Program-made: the position numbers and the translations under genes
Shown here: positions 18,626-27,126 of the stretch, one piece after another
How positions within the stretch are numbered: the first letter of the stretch is position 1
How the letters are laid out: every line of letters starts with the position of its first letter
The notes under the pieces: model-generated
Databases searched by the model: none
Told to the model about the DNA's origin: nothing
What the model saw: only the letters and a program-made list of their open reading frames with translations
Virus record (IMG/VR): IMGVR_UViG_3300022220_000001
Coordinates: 1 to 60,954 of that record
DNA length: 60,954 nucleotides
Reading direction: 5' to 3' (one strand)
Origin: a virus
Lineage: Duplodnaviria > Caudoviricetes

Positions 18626-20370
18626 AACATTACAACGAATTTGATTTAACAGATACACTAACAGAGCTTCACCTTTCTTCCAGGAATGTAAGGAACCAAG
18701 TCCAATTGGATTACTGTCCGTTCTGCGAAGAATCCAGGGGTAAGAAGTCAGATCATTTTTCGTTTAACCGTGAGACAGGACAGTTTAAGTGCATAAAGTG
18801 TGAGGAAATAGGTAATCTAATTACTTTTCGTCGTCATATGGGATTAGATCCATTTCAGAAAGATGAATTCAAATTACCGGATCAAAACAGGGTGTCTAAG
18901 CTCCGGGAACAGCCAAAACAATACTACGAACAGTATGCGAAGTCAAGATGTATTAGTGCAGAAACGCTGGAAAAGTACGGTGTGGGTAGGTTTAATGATT
19001 CTAAGCTTGGTGCGTGTAGGACTTACCAGTACATAGATCTGGATGGTAAAATTGCCAATATCAAGTATGTCAACAAAAATAAGCAGATGAAAACGGAGTA
19101 TAAGGCAAGGAAAATCTATTACGGGTTACAATTTATTGATTTCAAAAAAGATTACCTACATGTAGTTTGCGGCGAAGATGATGTTCATGCGCTGATTGAT
19201 ATTGGTTTTGATAATATTGTGTCGCTTCCCTTTGGTGACAAAACCTATACTCCAGACATGGGTGATATAAATAAACGGTTTAAAACAATCTACCTCATGT
19301 TTGACCATGATAACTCAGGGCAAGAAGGGGCAAAAATGTTTGCTCACAAAGCTGGTGTTTGGAAGTGTATTAACGTTTTCCTTCCGTTTAATGATGCAAG
19401 GGAATGCTTGAAGTTTGGGGTGGAATTGTTTGGGTTAGAAAAGGCAAAGAGTGAAGGTAAACGGTTTGAGTACACACAAGAAGATACGTGTCGGCCTGGG
19501 CTAACATTCGAGGAAAGAAATAGCAGGTACATTGCCTCCCTGAATGCAGGGGATGGGTTAAAGTTCGGCTTTAAGTTGATTGACGATATTATTGGCGGCA
19601 TTCGGCCAGGCGAAGTTATTTCTGTTGTTGCTAACCCAGGAGCATATAAAACAACACTGCTCATGAATCTAATTATTAATTTAGCGAAGTCATTGTCTCA
19701 TGGTTTTGTAATGTTTTTTTCGCTTGAAATGGCTATTGAAAGCGAGTTTGAACGGGAGCTTGGAATAGTTACAGGAAAGACAAGAACGGACATTAAGCAT
19801 ATAAAAGACAATCCATACGCAATAAATACTATGACCGAAGAAGCAAGGCAAGGGTTAGAACAGATAATGGTGTCAGAAGAATCGTATATAAACTTAACAC
19901 AAATGAAAGAAATAATAAAGAAAACGGAAGATGTATATGGAGAACCATGCGTATTTGTCGCTGTGGACTACTCAGACTTTGTAGAATCGACTAAAAAGAT
20001 TTCAGAGTACGAAACTATCAAAGAAGTCGCAAATGGATTTAAGAGCCATCTCTGTCGCTCTGAGGGCATTCCTGGAATTATGCTATATCAAACCAACCGT
20101 GGAACCAAATCCGCAGATGAGGAAGTTACCGCAAGATCTGGGAAAGGTGGAACGCCTATAGAGGCAGGGTCGGATTTTCAGTTGGGGTTATGGAGGAAAG
20201 GGGAAGATGTTGTGGGTAGATTTACTAAACACAGGCGAGTTGATGATATGTGGAACGGTGTTATGTGGCCGTATTTTAAATGTGTTGTACCGTATCCTAA
20301 GACGTTTAGAATTACTGATATACACCAAATAGATGAAGCAGAGTTAAAACAAGAAAGTGAGGAATTCTAA
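18622..20370 (+). CDS. Bifunctional primase-helicase (T7 gp4/Twinkle-like: Zn ribbon + TOPRIM + DnaB-type helicase)
   Basis: CPFC...CIKC zinc ribbon; TOPRIM-like GEDD and FDHDNSGQ; helicase PGAYKTT, FFSLEM, VDY and Q.NR motifs. Confidence 0.85.
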   Translation: MKHYNEFDLTDTLTELHLSSRNVRNQVQLDYCPFCEESRGKKSDHFSFNRETGQFKCIKCEEIGNLITFRRHMGLDPFQKDEFKLPDQNRVSKLREQPKQYYEQYAKSRCISAETLEKYGVGRFNDSKLGACRTYQYIDLDGKIANIKYVNKNKQMKTEYKARKIYYGLQFIDFKKDYLHVVCGEDDVHALIDIGFDNIVSLPFGDKTYTPDMGDINKRFKTIYLMFDHDNSGQEGAKMFAHKAGVWKCINVFLPFNDARECLKFGVELFGLEKAKSEGKRFEYTQEDTCRPGLTFEERNSRYIASLNAGDGLKFGFKLIDDIIGGIRPGEVISVVANPGAYKTTLLMNLIINLAKSLSHGFVMFFSLEMAIESEFERELGIVTGKTRTDIKHIKDNPYAINTMTEEARQGLEQIMVSEESYINLTQMKEIIKKTEDVYGEPCVFVAVDYSDFVESTKKISEYETIKEVANGFKSHLCRSEGIPGIMLYQTNRGTKSADEEVTARSGKGGTPIEAGSDFQLGLWRKGEDVVGRFTKHRRVDDMWNGVMWPYFKCVVPYPKTFRITDIHQIDEAELKQESEEF

Positions 20371-20372
20371 TA

Positions 20373-20579
20373 ATGGATTTAAAAAACTGTCCATTTTGTG
20401 GTTTTGATGATATAGATGTAGTAACTTCACAGACAATGATTATTGATACAAGCCCAATACAATACAAGAGAGAGGCTTTTTGCAATGATTGTTTTTGTGC
20501 TGGCCCACCTAAAAATACACACAAAGAGGCTGTTGAGGCTTGGAACGAAAGAAGCGAATCAATCATAAATAATAATTAA
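20373..20579 (+). CDS. Lar-family restriction alleviation-like zinc protein
   Basis: LKNCPFCG...CNDC...EAVEAWNER. Confidence 0.75.
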   Translation: MDLKNCPFCGFDDIDVVTSQTMIIDTSPIQYKREAFCNDCFCAGPPKNTHKEAVEAWNERSESIINNN

Positions 20580-20589
20580 GGAGGAACAA

Positions 20590-20808
20590 GTGAAAAAGTA
20601 CAAAGAAAAAGATGTTGAAAGATTAATTGAAGCTGTTTTAGATCTAAGTTTAACCGTTATCCCAAAAGCAGTCGGTTACGGAACAATTACTGTTGAGTGT
20701 CCTGTATGCGGTGTAAGAAAATCAGATGATGGCGAAACTATCGAGGATTATCCTCACGATGAGGAATGTGGTTACATGGTTGCTATGAAAATGTATAAAG
20801 GAGAATAA
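20590..20808 (+). CDS. Hypothetical zinc-binding protein
   Basis: GGAGG RBS; CPVCG...H..EC. Confidence 0.6.
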   Translation: MKKYKEKDVERLIEAVLDLSLTVIPKAVGYGTITVECPVCGVRKSDDGETIEDYPHDEECGYMVAMKMYKGE

Positions 20809-20810
20809 AA

Positions 20811-21068
20811 ATGACAACTTGGAGAGAAGAAATAATTGAGGCGATGGGGAAGGAAGAAACTTTAGATGATGTTGAGTATATAACACTGTCGGAGAAAGAG
20901 TTGGATAGAGAATTTGATGACAATTATGGTTTGAAAGAAGGTGAACCGTTTTTGTTGTGGACAAAAAACAGAGTTTATTTTCCTGTTTGTTATGATGGAT
21001 CTGAATGGGTTGAATCTGTGCCAAGAAATCCATGTGAAGAAAAAAGAGAACATATTGGCGGTGGTTAA
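20811..21068 (+). CDS. Conserved phage hypothetical protein
   Basis: AGGAG RBS; EFD..YG..EG.PF..WT..RVYFP..YDGSEWV.SVPRNP...HIGGG. Confidence 0.7.
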   Translation: MTTWREEIIEAMGKEETLDDVEYITLSEKELDREFDDNYGLKEGEPFLLWTKNRVYFPVCYDGSEWVESVPRNPCEEKREHIGGG

Positions 21069-21115
21069 AATATGCTAATAAAATAAAAAACCGAACAAAC
21101 CAAGGAAAACAAATT

Positions 21116-21400
21116 ATGATAAAAAAATTAAAACTTCAGAACTTGTTTGATAATATTAGACAGCTATATAAAGATAGTTATGATGGATACTTAGCTGACA
21201 ATGCAATGAACTCCCAGAAATTATTATCAGAAGTCCACACTAAAATTACTAGTGAAGATTCTCGTTTACTTAAAAGTTTAATCCCCACACTCAAATCCTA
21301 TCATAAAAAAGGCATGTTACACCAGTTAGCAAATGACGATGAGTGTGATATTTGGTGGTCTCGGTACAGAAACATTCAAGTTGAGGATAATGAAAAATGA
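21116..21400 (+). CDS. Lamassu LmuA / ABC-three-component effector C-terminal domain only (no effector domain)
   Basis: C-terminal HKKGMLHQLAND...IWW motif typical of ABC-3C effector CTDs; only 94 aa; ATGA-coupled to a middle component; phage-type RBS. Confidence 0.7.
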   Translation: MIKKLKLQNLFDNIRQLYKDSYDGYLADNAMNSQKLLSEVHTKITSEDSRLLKSLIPTLKSYHKKGMLHQLANDDECDIWWSRYRNIQVEDNEK

Positions 21401-21906
21401 AATTACCTTTTTTAGATTCTGATAATGATTTGTACGTTAATATATGCTTAATTCTAATTATTATTGATACTTTAGGAAAAACCAGTCGAGGTGTATTAAA
21501 AGTAAACAATGGAAGACTACATATTTTTCTGTATTTGGTAAAGAATCCTACATTCTTAAACAAGATGTTTGTAATGTTTAATAAAGATACTGTGTTACTC
21601 CATGAACGTGATGCTTTCTCAGTTACTTCAATTTCCCCCAATATTGATCCACTGTTTGATAGAGAAACACTTAAATCTTTATTGAGTATTTCAGTTGTAA
21701 AAAAATTAGTAAAGGTTGTTTATAAAAAAGATGATGGTTTTTTCTATGTTATAAGTGAAAAAGGGCAATTTGTAGTTGAAGAATTAAAAGATGAATACTT
21801 TCAAGAAATTATACTATTATGTAAAAAATTGAAAAGCATATTAAGTATTAGCGAATCTCAATTAAACCAAAAATTGAATCAATTAATTCGAAGGGAATCA
21901 AATTAA
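21397..21906 (+). CDS. lmuC: Lamassu LmuC / ABC-three-component middle component
   Basis: 169 aa; LPF...RLHIFLYLVKNP...Y.ISEKG winged-helix-like pattern; sits between the CTD and the SMC-like ATPase. Confidence 0.7.
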   Translation: MKLPFLDSDNDLYVNICLILIIIDTLGKTSRGVLKVNNGRLHIFLYLVKNPTFLNKMFVMFNKDTVLLHERDAFSVTSISPNIDPLFDRETLKSLLSISVVKKLVKVVYKKDDGFFYVISEKGQFVVEELKDEYFQEIILLCKKLKSILSISESQLNQKLNQLIRRESN

Positions 21907-23592
21907 ATGCCATGCAGTATCTTAATTAATCAGCTAATTGTTGTTGGTATAAGAAAAAATTATAAAGTATCATTTAATCCTGGTGTCAATATTATATATG
22001 GAGATTCCGCTACTGGTAAATCAAGTATTCTAAATTTGATTGATTATTTATTAGGAGCCAAACATTTTGATTTATACCCTGAAATTGAATCATCTGGTAG
22101 ATATGCGGTTCTTGATGTTACTTTAAATGAAGATAGGTATTCAATAAAGCGTGATATATTTGACTCATTAAAACCAATTGAGGTATTTCCTTGTTCATTT
22201 GACGAAATTGAACAATATGCAGTTAAAAAGTATCTGCCGACCTTTCAAACTAATAGCAGTTATCAAGACATAGAGTTTTTCTCAGAATTTTTGTTAGATG
22301 CTTTAAACCTAACAAATTTAAAAATTAAGCAAGCTCCAACAAAAGATGATTCAAAACTTGTACGTTTAAGTTTTCGTGATATAATTAATTATTGTTATAT
22401 CGATCAGGATGATCTTGGAAGTAAAAAGTTTTTACGCCCAGACAACTACGCACTTCAAACGAAAAACACTGAAGTTTTTAAATACATTTTTAATGCATTA
22501 GACAGCCAAATTTCAGAATTAGAACAAAATATCTCAGACAAAACTCAACATAAAAATAATCTTGACAAAAAATTCATGGCTGTATCAGAATTTCTGCGAG
22601 AATCAGAATTTGGAAGTCTTTCAAATTTAGATAATGAACTAAAAAAGACGGATGTTAGAATTACAACCTTAAAAGAACAAATATCAGTGTTAAATTCTAA
22701 AGTTGTTGCTGACAAAGAAGTTTATAGGGCAATTAAATCTACTATAACAGAAATAATTCGTGACAAAAAAGTATTACAAAACAAAATTGAAGAAAGTGAA
22801 ATTAGAATTGAAAGATTTACAAGATTAAAAAATGATTACTTAAGTGATATTACAAAATTTAAAGCATCGCTTGAAGCTAGAAATGTTATAGGTGAGATAC
22901 CTGAAGAAATTTCTTTATGCCCTGTTTGTGACAACACTCTTAAATTAGAATCAGCAAAAAAGATATTTGAAATAACAACAACTGACAAAGTGAAGCAAGA
23001 ATTGAATTCACTAAAAAGGCGAGTAAAAGACACTGTCCAAATGATTAATGATAGTAAACAACAATGGGAGTTAGATAATTCAGCTTTAAAAATATTAGAT
23101 ACAAAAGAACAAGAGACTAGAATATTAATTGATCAAAATACTAAGGATTTAATATCCCCTTACTTGGCTGAGCGAGATATGTATGTGAACCAACTTGGAG
23201 AACTAAAACAAAAACGAATAGAACTATTCTCTAGATTGAAGATCAGAAACCAACACAGCCTTCTGATAGAAACAATGAAATCACTTGAAAGCAGCATAAA
23301 GCAGCTAAAGGAAAGATTACAAATTTTAAAAGATAAAGTCCCTTCAATGAGTAATGTTTTATCCAATTTAGCAGATAATTTATATAGTTATCTCACCAAT
23401 GTAAAAATTAAAGACCCTTCAAATATTAGTATTAGTAATAAATTTTTACCTGTTGTGCGTGGTATAGAATATGGAAATATAACATCTGGTGGTTGTATGG
23501 AACAAGAGTTAGGGGATTATAGTGATTACGAGCCGGAAGACTACGAAGGCTTAAACTGGAAAAAATACCCAGAGAATGGATACTCAGAATGA
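21907..23592 (+). CDS. lmuB: Lamassu LmuB / ABC-3C SMC-like ATPase, truncated at the signature motif and fused to a phage peptide
   Basis: GVNIIYGDSATGKSS Walker A, RLSFRD, YIDQ Q-loop, coiled coil with CPVC hook, ITSGG signature (aa 527-529). No Walker B/D/H loops; the last 32 aa are phage-derived. Confidence 0.8.
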   Translation: MPCSILINQLIVVGIRKNYKVSFNPGVNIIYGDSATGKSSILNLIDYLLGAKHFDLYPEIESSGRYAVLDVTLNEDRYSIKRDIFDSLKPIEVFPCSFDEIEQYAVKKYLPTFQTNSSYQDIEFFSEFLLDALNLTNLKIKQAPTKDDSKLVRLSFRDIINYCYIDQDDLGSKKFLRPDNYALQTKNTEVFKYIFNALDSQISELEQNISDKTQHKNNLDKKFMAVSEFLRESEFGSLSNLDNELKKTDVRITTLKEQISVLNSKVVADKEVYRAIKSTITEIIRDKKVLQNKIEESEIRIERFTRLKNDYLSDITKFKASLEARNVIGEIPEEISLCPVCDNTLKLESAKKIFEITTTDKVKQELNSLKRRVKDTVQMINDSKQQWELDNSALKILDTKEQETRILIDQNTKDLISPYLAERDMYVNQLGELKQKRIELFSRLKIRNQHSLLIETMKSLESSIKQLKERLQILKDKVPSMSNVLSNLADNLYSYLTNVKIKDPSNISISNKFLPVVRGIEYGNITSGGCMEQELGDYSDYEPEDYEGLNWKKYPENGYSE

Positions 23593-23593
23593 A
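23555..23593 (+). repeat. 39-bp direct repeat, copy 1
   Basis: ACTGGAAAAAATACCCAGAGAATGGATACTCAGAATGAA is identical at 24074-24112. Confidence 0.95.
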
Positions 23594-23703
23594 TAAAAAA
23601 TACAAAATTTTATCAGAGTACAGAGAACACGGAAAATCCTACTACCGGTTGGCGAGAAGTTGTCGACCGTAGAGCTTTGAGGAAGATTAAGGAGAATATT
23701 TGA

Positions 23704-24111
23704 ATGAAAGTAGACAAAATGGTCACAATAGAAGAGGTAGAAAAGGTTTGGGGTAATGCTGATTTTGGCCCAAACATATCTAAAATGGAAGTTGTTAAAT
23801 ACGGACTTTTAAAATGTGCCGGACAATGGTACCAGGGGTACACATCTAAAAGCATCCTGTACGAATTAGGTTTAATAACCAAGAAATATACTCTTTCTAA
23901 AAGAGGTGCGAGGTGCCTATATGAATTCTTTAAACAAAAGTGTGAATGTTGTGGATGCGAAGAAGCCGCCGATTATATAGACAGTATGGATTATTATATG
24001 TGCGAAAACTGTGTTAATGACGATATTACCTGAGGTTATTCAGGCCAAACCCCAGAAGATTTCGTACCCTTAGACTGGAAAAAATACCCAGAGAATGGAT
24101 ACTCAGAATGA
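23704..24111 (+). pseudogene. Hypothetical protein with in-frame TGA at 24031-24033; the frame continues to 24111
   Basis: After the TGA the frame reads GYSGQTPEDFVPLDWKKYPENGYSE*, homologous to the LmuB fusion tail. Confidence 0.55.
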
Positions 24112-24112
24112 A
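24074..24112 (+). repeat. 39-bp direct repeat, copy 2
   Basis: Identical to 23555-23593. Confidence 0.95.
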
Positions 24113-24338
24113 ACTCTTTGAGAGAAATAACTTTAAATCAAAAAAACAACTTCGGTTCGAAAACGATCATAAAAGATTAATTCATGTTGTTAAAATGGCA
24201 TACAGGAAGCATAATTATGGCGATGACAGTATTGGATGGGGAGAGCTGAGCGAAGAGCTCTATACCACCCTTGCCGATGTCATTGGGTATGAAGAATTGG
24301 GACAACTACAGAATATGAAGTATTTTAATAACAAATAA
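24108..24338 (+). CDS. Hypothetical protein (paralogue of 24353-24592)
   Basis: Shares RLIHVVKMAYRKH...ELY.TL.DVIG.EE with the next ORF. Confidence 0.7.
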   Translation: MKLFERNNFKSKKQLRFENDHKRLIHVVKMAYRKHNYGDDSIGWGELSEELYTTLADVIGYEELGQLQNMKYFNNK

Positions 24339-24352
24339 TCCAAAGGAACAAA

Positions 24353-24592
24353 ATGAGACACATAGAAAAGCCAAGCTTAAAATCAAAACAACAACTTAAA
24401 TTAGAAAAAAACTATGAGAGATTAATTCATGTTGTTAAGATGGCATACCGGAAGCACAGCCTGGATGACAATAGTATCTGGAAGGAGTCCCTTAACTACG
24501 AGCTCTATAATACACTTGTCGATGTCATCGGTGAGGAGGAGGTACGTAAACTACAACAATTAGAGTATTTCAATAATAATTCAAAGGAGTAA
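24353..24592 (+). CDS. Hypothetical protein (paralogue of 24108-24338)
   Basis: Tandem duplicate; AAGGA RBS. Confidence 0.7.
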   Translation: MRHIEKPSLKSKQQLKLEKNYERLIHVVKMAYRKHSLDDNSIWKESLNYELYNTLVDVIGEEEVRKLQQLEYFNNNSKE

Positions 24593-24599
24593 CTAACCA

Positions 24600-24809
24600 A
24601 TGAACAAATTAATTAAAAAAACAGAGCAGACTAAGGAAAAACCATTTCCTAAGCTGATGAAAAGTAAAAAAGGTCAATATGTGTATTTCCGTGAAGAAGG
24701 AAAAGGGGTGCAGTTATTAGGAGAGTATATAGACTATTGTGACACACTTTGGAATATGCATTGTTTCGAGGACACAGACGACCAAATACTTTTAAACTGC
24801 AAAGAATAA
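24600..24809 (+). CDS. Hypothetical protein
   Basis: AAGGAG RBS; FPKLMKS motif. Confidence 0.6.
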   Translation: MNKLIKKTEQTKEKPFPKLMKSKKGQYVYFREEGKGVQLLGEYIDYCDTLWNMHCFEDTDDQILLNCKE

Positions 24810-24867
24810 CAAAACACAAAATCGCGCTACTATGCTGAATTGTCATAAACAACCAAGGAGAAAAAAC

Positions 24868-25074
24868 ATGCGGAAAAGATGTAATATGTATAAAAAATGT
24901 ACAGCAAGAATTTGTAAACACTACCATCATCATCAATTTAAAAGCGATTGCGAAGATAAGTGTGATCGTTTTGGAAAAGATAAAATTGTGCCAAAATGCA
25001 TCGATGCGAAAGAGCACATATCAAGAGGTATTCCTAATATAGCAACTTACGAAAGGCGGGTGTTTTGTGGGTAA
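24868..25074 (+). CDS. Cys/His-rich hypothetical protein
   Basis: AAGGAG RBS supports ATG 24868. Confidence 0.5.
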   Translation: MRKRCNMYKKCTARICKHYHHHQFKSDCEDKCDRFGKDKIVPKCIDAKEHISRGIPNIATYERRVFCG

Positions 25075-25450
25075 TTGCGGTTGTGTATATGTAGACACAA
25101 GTACTAATAATAGTTGTTTAAGGCAGAAATTAATAACTGCCAGAAAAGAGTGTGATTGTTGTGAGTGTGGTGAAAAAATACCAATAGGTACACAATATGA
25201 AGATTATGTCGGGATATGTGAAGGAGAAATGTTTTGGTGTAAGACCTGTTTGGATTGTCTAAGTATTAGAAAGTCGTTCTTTTGTGATGGCTTTGAGTTT
25301 GAAGGAATGATTGAGCGTCTCGAAGAACATATTATCGAAATGGGTGGTGATATTTCATCAGACTGTATTACTACGCTCACAAAAGGTGCGAAAGGTATGG
25401 TATGTGATATGATTGAGGAATATTGGGAAGGGTATGATGATGGAGAATAA
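25067..25450 (+). CDS. Cys-rich zinc-binding phage protein
   Basis: ARKE..CCECGEKIPIG..YE...KTCLDC motif. Confidence 0.7.
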   Translation: MGNCGCVYVDTSTNNSCLRQKLITARKECDCCECGEKIPIGTQYEDYVGICEGEMFWCKTCLDCLSIRKSFFCDGFEFEGMIERLEEHIIEMGGDISSDCITTLTKGAKGMVCDMIEEYWEGYDDGE

Positions 25451-25888
25451 ATGAAATATCCAAAACAAAAGTGGTTAGACAAAAAGTCAAACAAACCTAA
25501 TAGAAAAAAACTTATACAGAAAACATCTGTTTTGTGGAGTCGGATAATAAAAACTCATGGTAGGTGTGCTATATGTAGCTCAATATCAAGTGTAGATGCC
25601 CATCATATTGTGCGGAAAGGAAAAGCTATCCATCCAGGGTGGTTTCTTCTTGAAAACGGTATCCCACTATGCGTGGATTGTCATAGAGACGGTATCCATT
25701 CGATGCATTATCCTACTACAAGAGTTTTCCAGAAAAAAATAAATACCTGGTTAAATAAAAAAGACCTCACTTACGAGGTCTTATATTCCATGTGTCATAC
25801 TACCCAACGTATGGATATTTTTACTATACAGGATATTTACTCAGCATTGAGAATTGTTGCCTCGCAGTTGGGGCAAGCTTCACCATAG
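25451..25888 (+). CDS. NinG-like / HNH endonuclease-family protein
   Basis: CAIC...DAHH...LENGIPLCVDCH...H. Confidence 0.75.
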   Translation: MKYPKQKWLDKKSNKPNRKKLIQKTSVLWSRIIKTHGRCAICSSISSVDAHHIVRKGKAIHPGWFLLENGIPLCVDCHRDGIHSMHYPTTRVFQKKINTWLNKKDLTYEVLYSMCHTTQRMDIFTIQDIYSALRIVASQLGQASP

Positions 25889-25892
25889 CCCA

Positions 25893-26117
25893 TCACCTTA
25901 CCACAATCTCGATCTTTTCTAAACGGACATCTTTAATTTTCATTTTAGGGTGCTTGTTTTTTACCGCACTAACAGCTTCTTTATGAAATTCTGTGATAAT
26001 GCAGGAAACTTTTTTTAATAAGCCTTCAACTTTTTCTTTTGGTACTTCTATTGTGATGTATCCACATCTTACACTTGTGGGGCCGGTATACACAGAGTGG
26101 TAATATTTTAGTTCCAT
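25893..26117 (-). CDS. Hypothetical protein in the only leftward operon
   Basis: AAGGAG RBS on the minus strand; downstream of a leftward promoter. Confidence 0.6.
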   Translation of the reverse strand: MELKYYHSVYTGPTSVRCGYITIEVPKEKVEGLLKKVSCIITEFHKEAVSAVKNKHPKMKIKDVRLEKIEIVVR

Positions 26118-26119
26118 AG

Positions 26120-26278
26120 CTACTCCTTGTCTAAAAATTCATTAATTTCATTAGTTAATTTTACTTCTTTTTTGTTAAATTTCGGTTCGACATAAGCCTC
26201 TATAAAAGCAGCCAACAACACAACAACCGCAATAACCGCAATAACCGCAATAATAATATTTAAGTATAATAGCGCCAT
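26120..26278 (-). CDS. Small single-pass membrane protein (52 aa)
   Basis: MALLYLNIIIAVIAVIAVVVLLAAFIEAYVEPK...; AAGGAG RBS; below the ORF-track cutoff. Confidence 0.55.
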   Translation of the reverse strand: MALLYLNIIIAVIAVIAVVVLLAAFIEAYVEPKFNKKEVKLTNEINEFLDKE

Positions 26279-26330
26279 AAAATCATTTCTCCTTGTTTAA
26301 GTTTTAATACAAACAGTTAACTATATGTAT

Positions 26331-26359
26331 AGTATACACAAAAAATACAGACATGTCAA
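26331..26359 (-). promoter_or_regulatory. Leftward sigma70 promoter
   Basis: TTGACA-17 nt-TATACT on the minus strand. Confidence 0.8.
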
Positions 26360-26395
26360 CATTTTTTTTATTTTTTTTAAAAAAGTAATTTTTGT

Positions 26396-26424
26396 TTGCA
26401 ATTAAGGCTACAATGGGTTATATT
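26396..26424 (+). promoter_or_regulatory. Rightward sigma70 promoter, back-to-back with the leftward one
   Basis: TTGCAA-17 nt-TATATT. Confidence 0.6.
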
Positions 26425-26521
26425 AATAGTAATGTGTGATTAAATGTAGATGTGGGTATTCCGGTATAATAATATATTAATTAAAAAGCCGGATGCCCAT
26501 TTATTAATAGTGGAGAAAAAA

Positions 26522-26740
26522 ATGCCTTGCCCAAATTGTGGAACGACAACAGACACTCACTCCCCAGATTGTAGACGCTTACATGCTGTAAGGATGTATG
26601 AATGGGAGTGGAATATGATAGAAGAAGGACGGTTAAGAGGCGGATACCGTGGGAGAGGGAAGTATATAGTGGATCTATGTAAGAGAGATGCTAAGAAAAA
26701 AAAGTGGTGGAATCAATTTAAGTTATTTGAGAAGAAATAA
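26522..26740 (+). CDS. Small zinc-ribbon protein, possible DNA-binding regulator
   Basis: GGAG RBS supports ATG 26522; CPNCG...H...C followed by a beta-helix-helix-like segment. Confidence 0.5.
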   Translation: MPCPNCGTTTDTHSPDCRRLHAVRMYEWEWNMIEEGRLRGGYRGRGKYIVDLCKRDAKKKKWWNQFKLFEKK

Positions 26741-26745
26741 ATAAT

Positions 26746-27126
26746 ATGAAAAAAACAATTTTTATTGTTTTAGTTGTAATGCAAATGTTTTGCGACCCAA
26801 TGGGTGTATATGAGTATGTTGGAGGTGTTCAACAAGTTGAATTGTGGATCTGCCTTGGCCCTACTTTACACATCCAGGCCAACATCCCTGGGTGTAGAAT
26901 CAACTTAGACACCTTGGATAAATACATGTCTGTGGAAAACGGAAAATATACTCAGAGGTTAGATAGTTTGAGAGTTACAAAGTCTACTGGCGAGATAATA
27001 TTTGCAGGATATTCAAAAAAGGCAAAGTGTTTCTTCCATTATAAGGAAAAAATAACAATAATAGGTGGAATCCAACAGGATATAAGTAGTGATAGTGTGT
27101 TGGTATATCTGAAAATAGGAGGATAA
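26746..27126 (+). CDS. Putative exported protein / lipoprotein
   Basis: MKK + hydrophobic stretch + Cys16. Confidence 0.5.
   Translation: MKKTIFIVLVVMQMFCDPMGVYEYVGGVQQVELWICLGPTLHIQANIPGCRINLDTLDKYMSVENGKYTQRLDSLRVTKSTGEIIFAGYSKKAKCFFHYKEKITIIGGIQQDISSDSVLVYLKIGG

Noticed and set aside
18239-18630. Minus-strand ORFs 18239-18529 and 18313-18630
   Set aside because: They are shadows of the stop-poor pentapeptide repeat; most other minus-strand track ORFs are likewise antisense to clear + strand genes.
21116-23592. A functional phage-encoded Lamassu defence system
   Set aside because: There is no effector domain, and LmuB lacks Walker B and downstream motifs, so it cannot work as a canonical system on its own.
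24031-24033. Genome-wide TGA recoding
   Set aside because: Many genes end in TGA with ATGA coupling, and long genes are intact under the standard bacterial code; this is a single local case.
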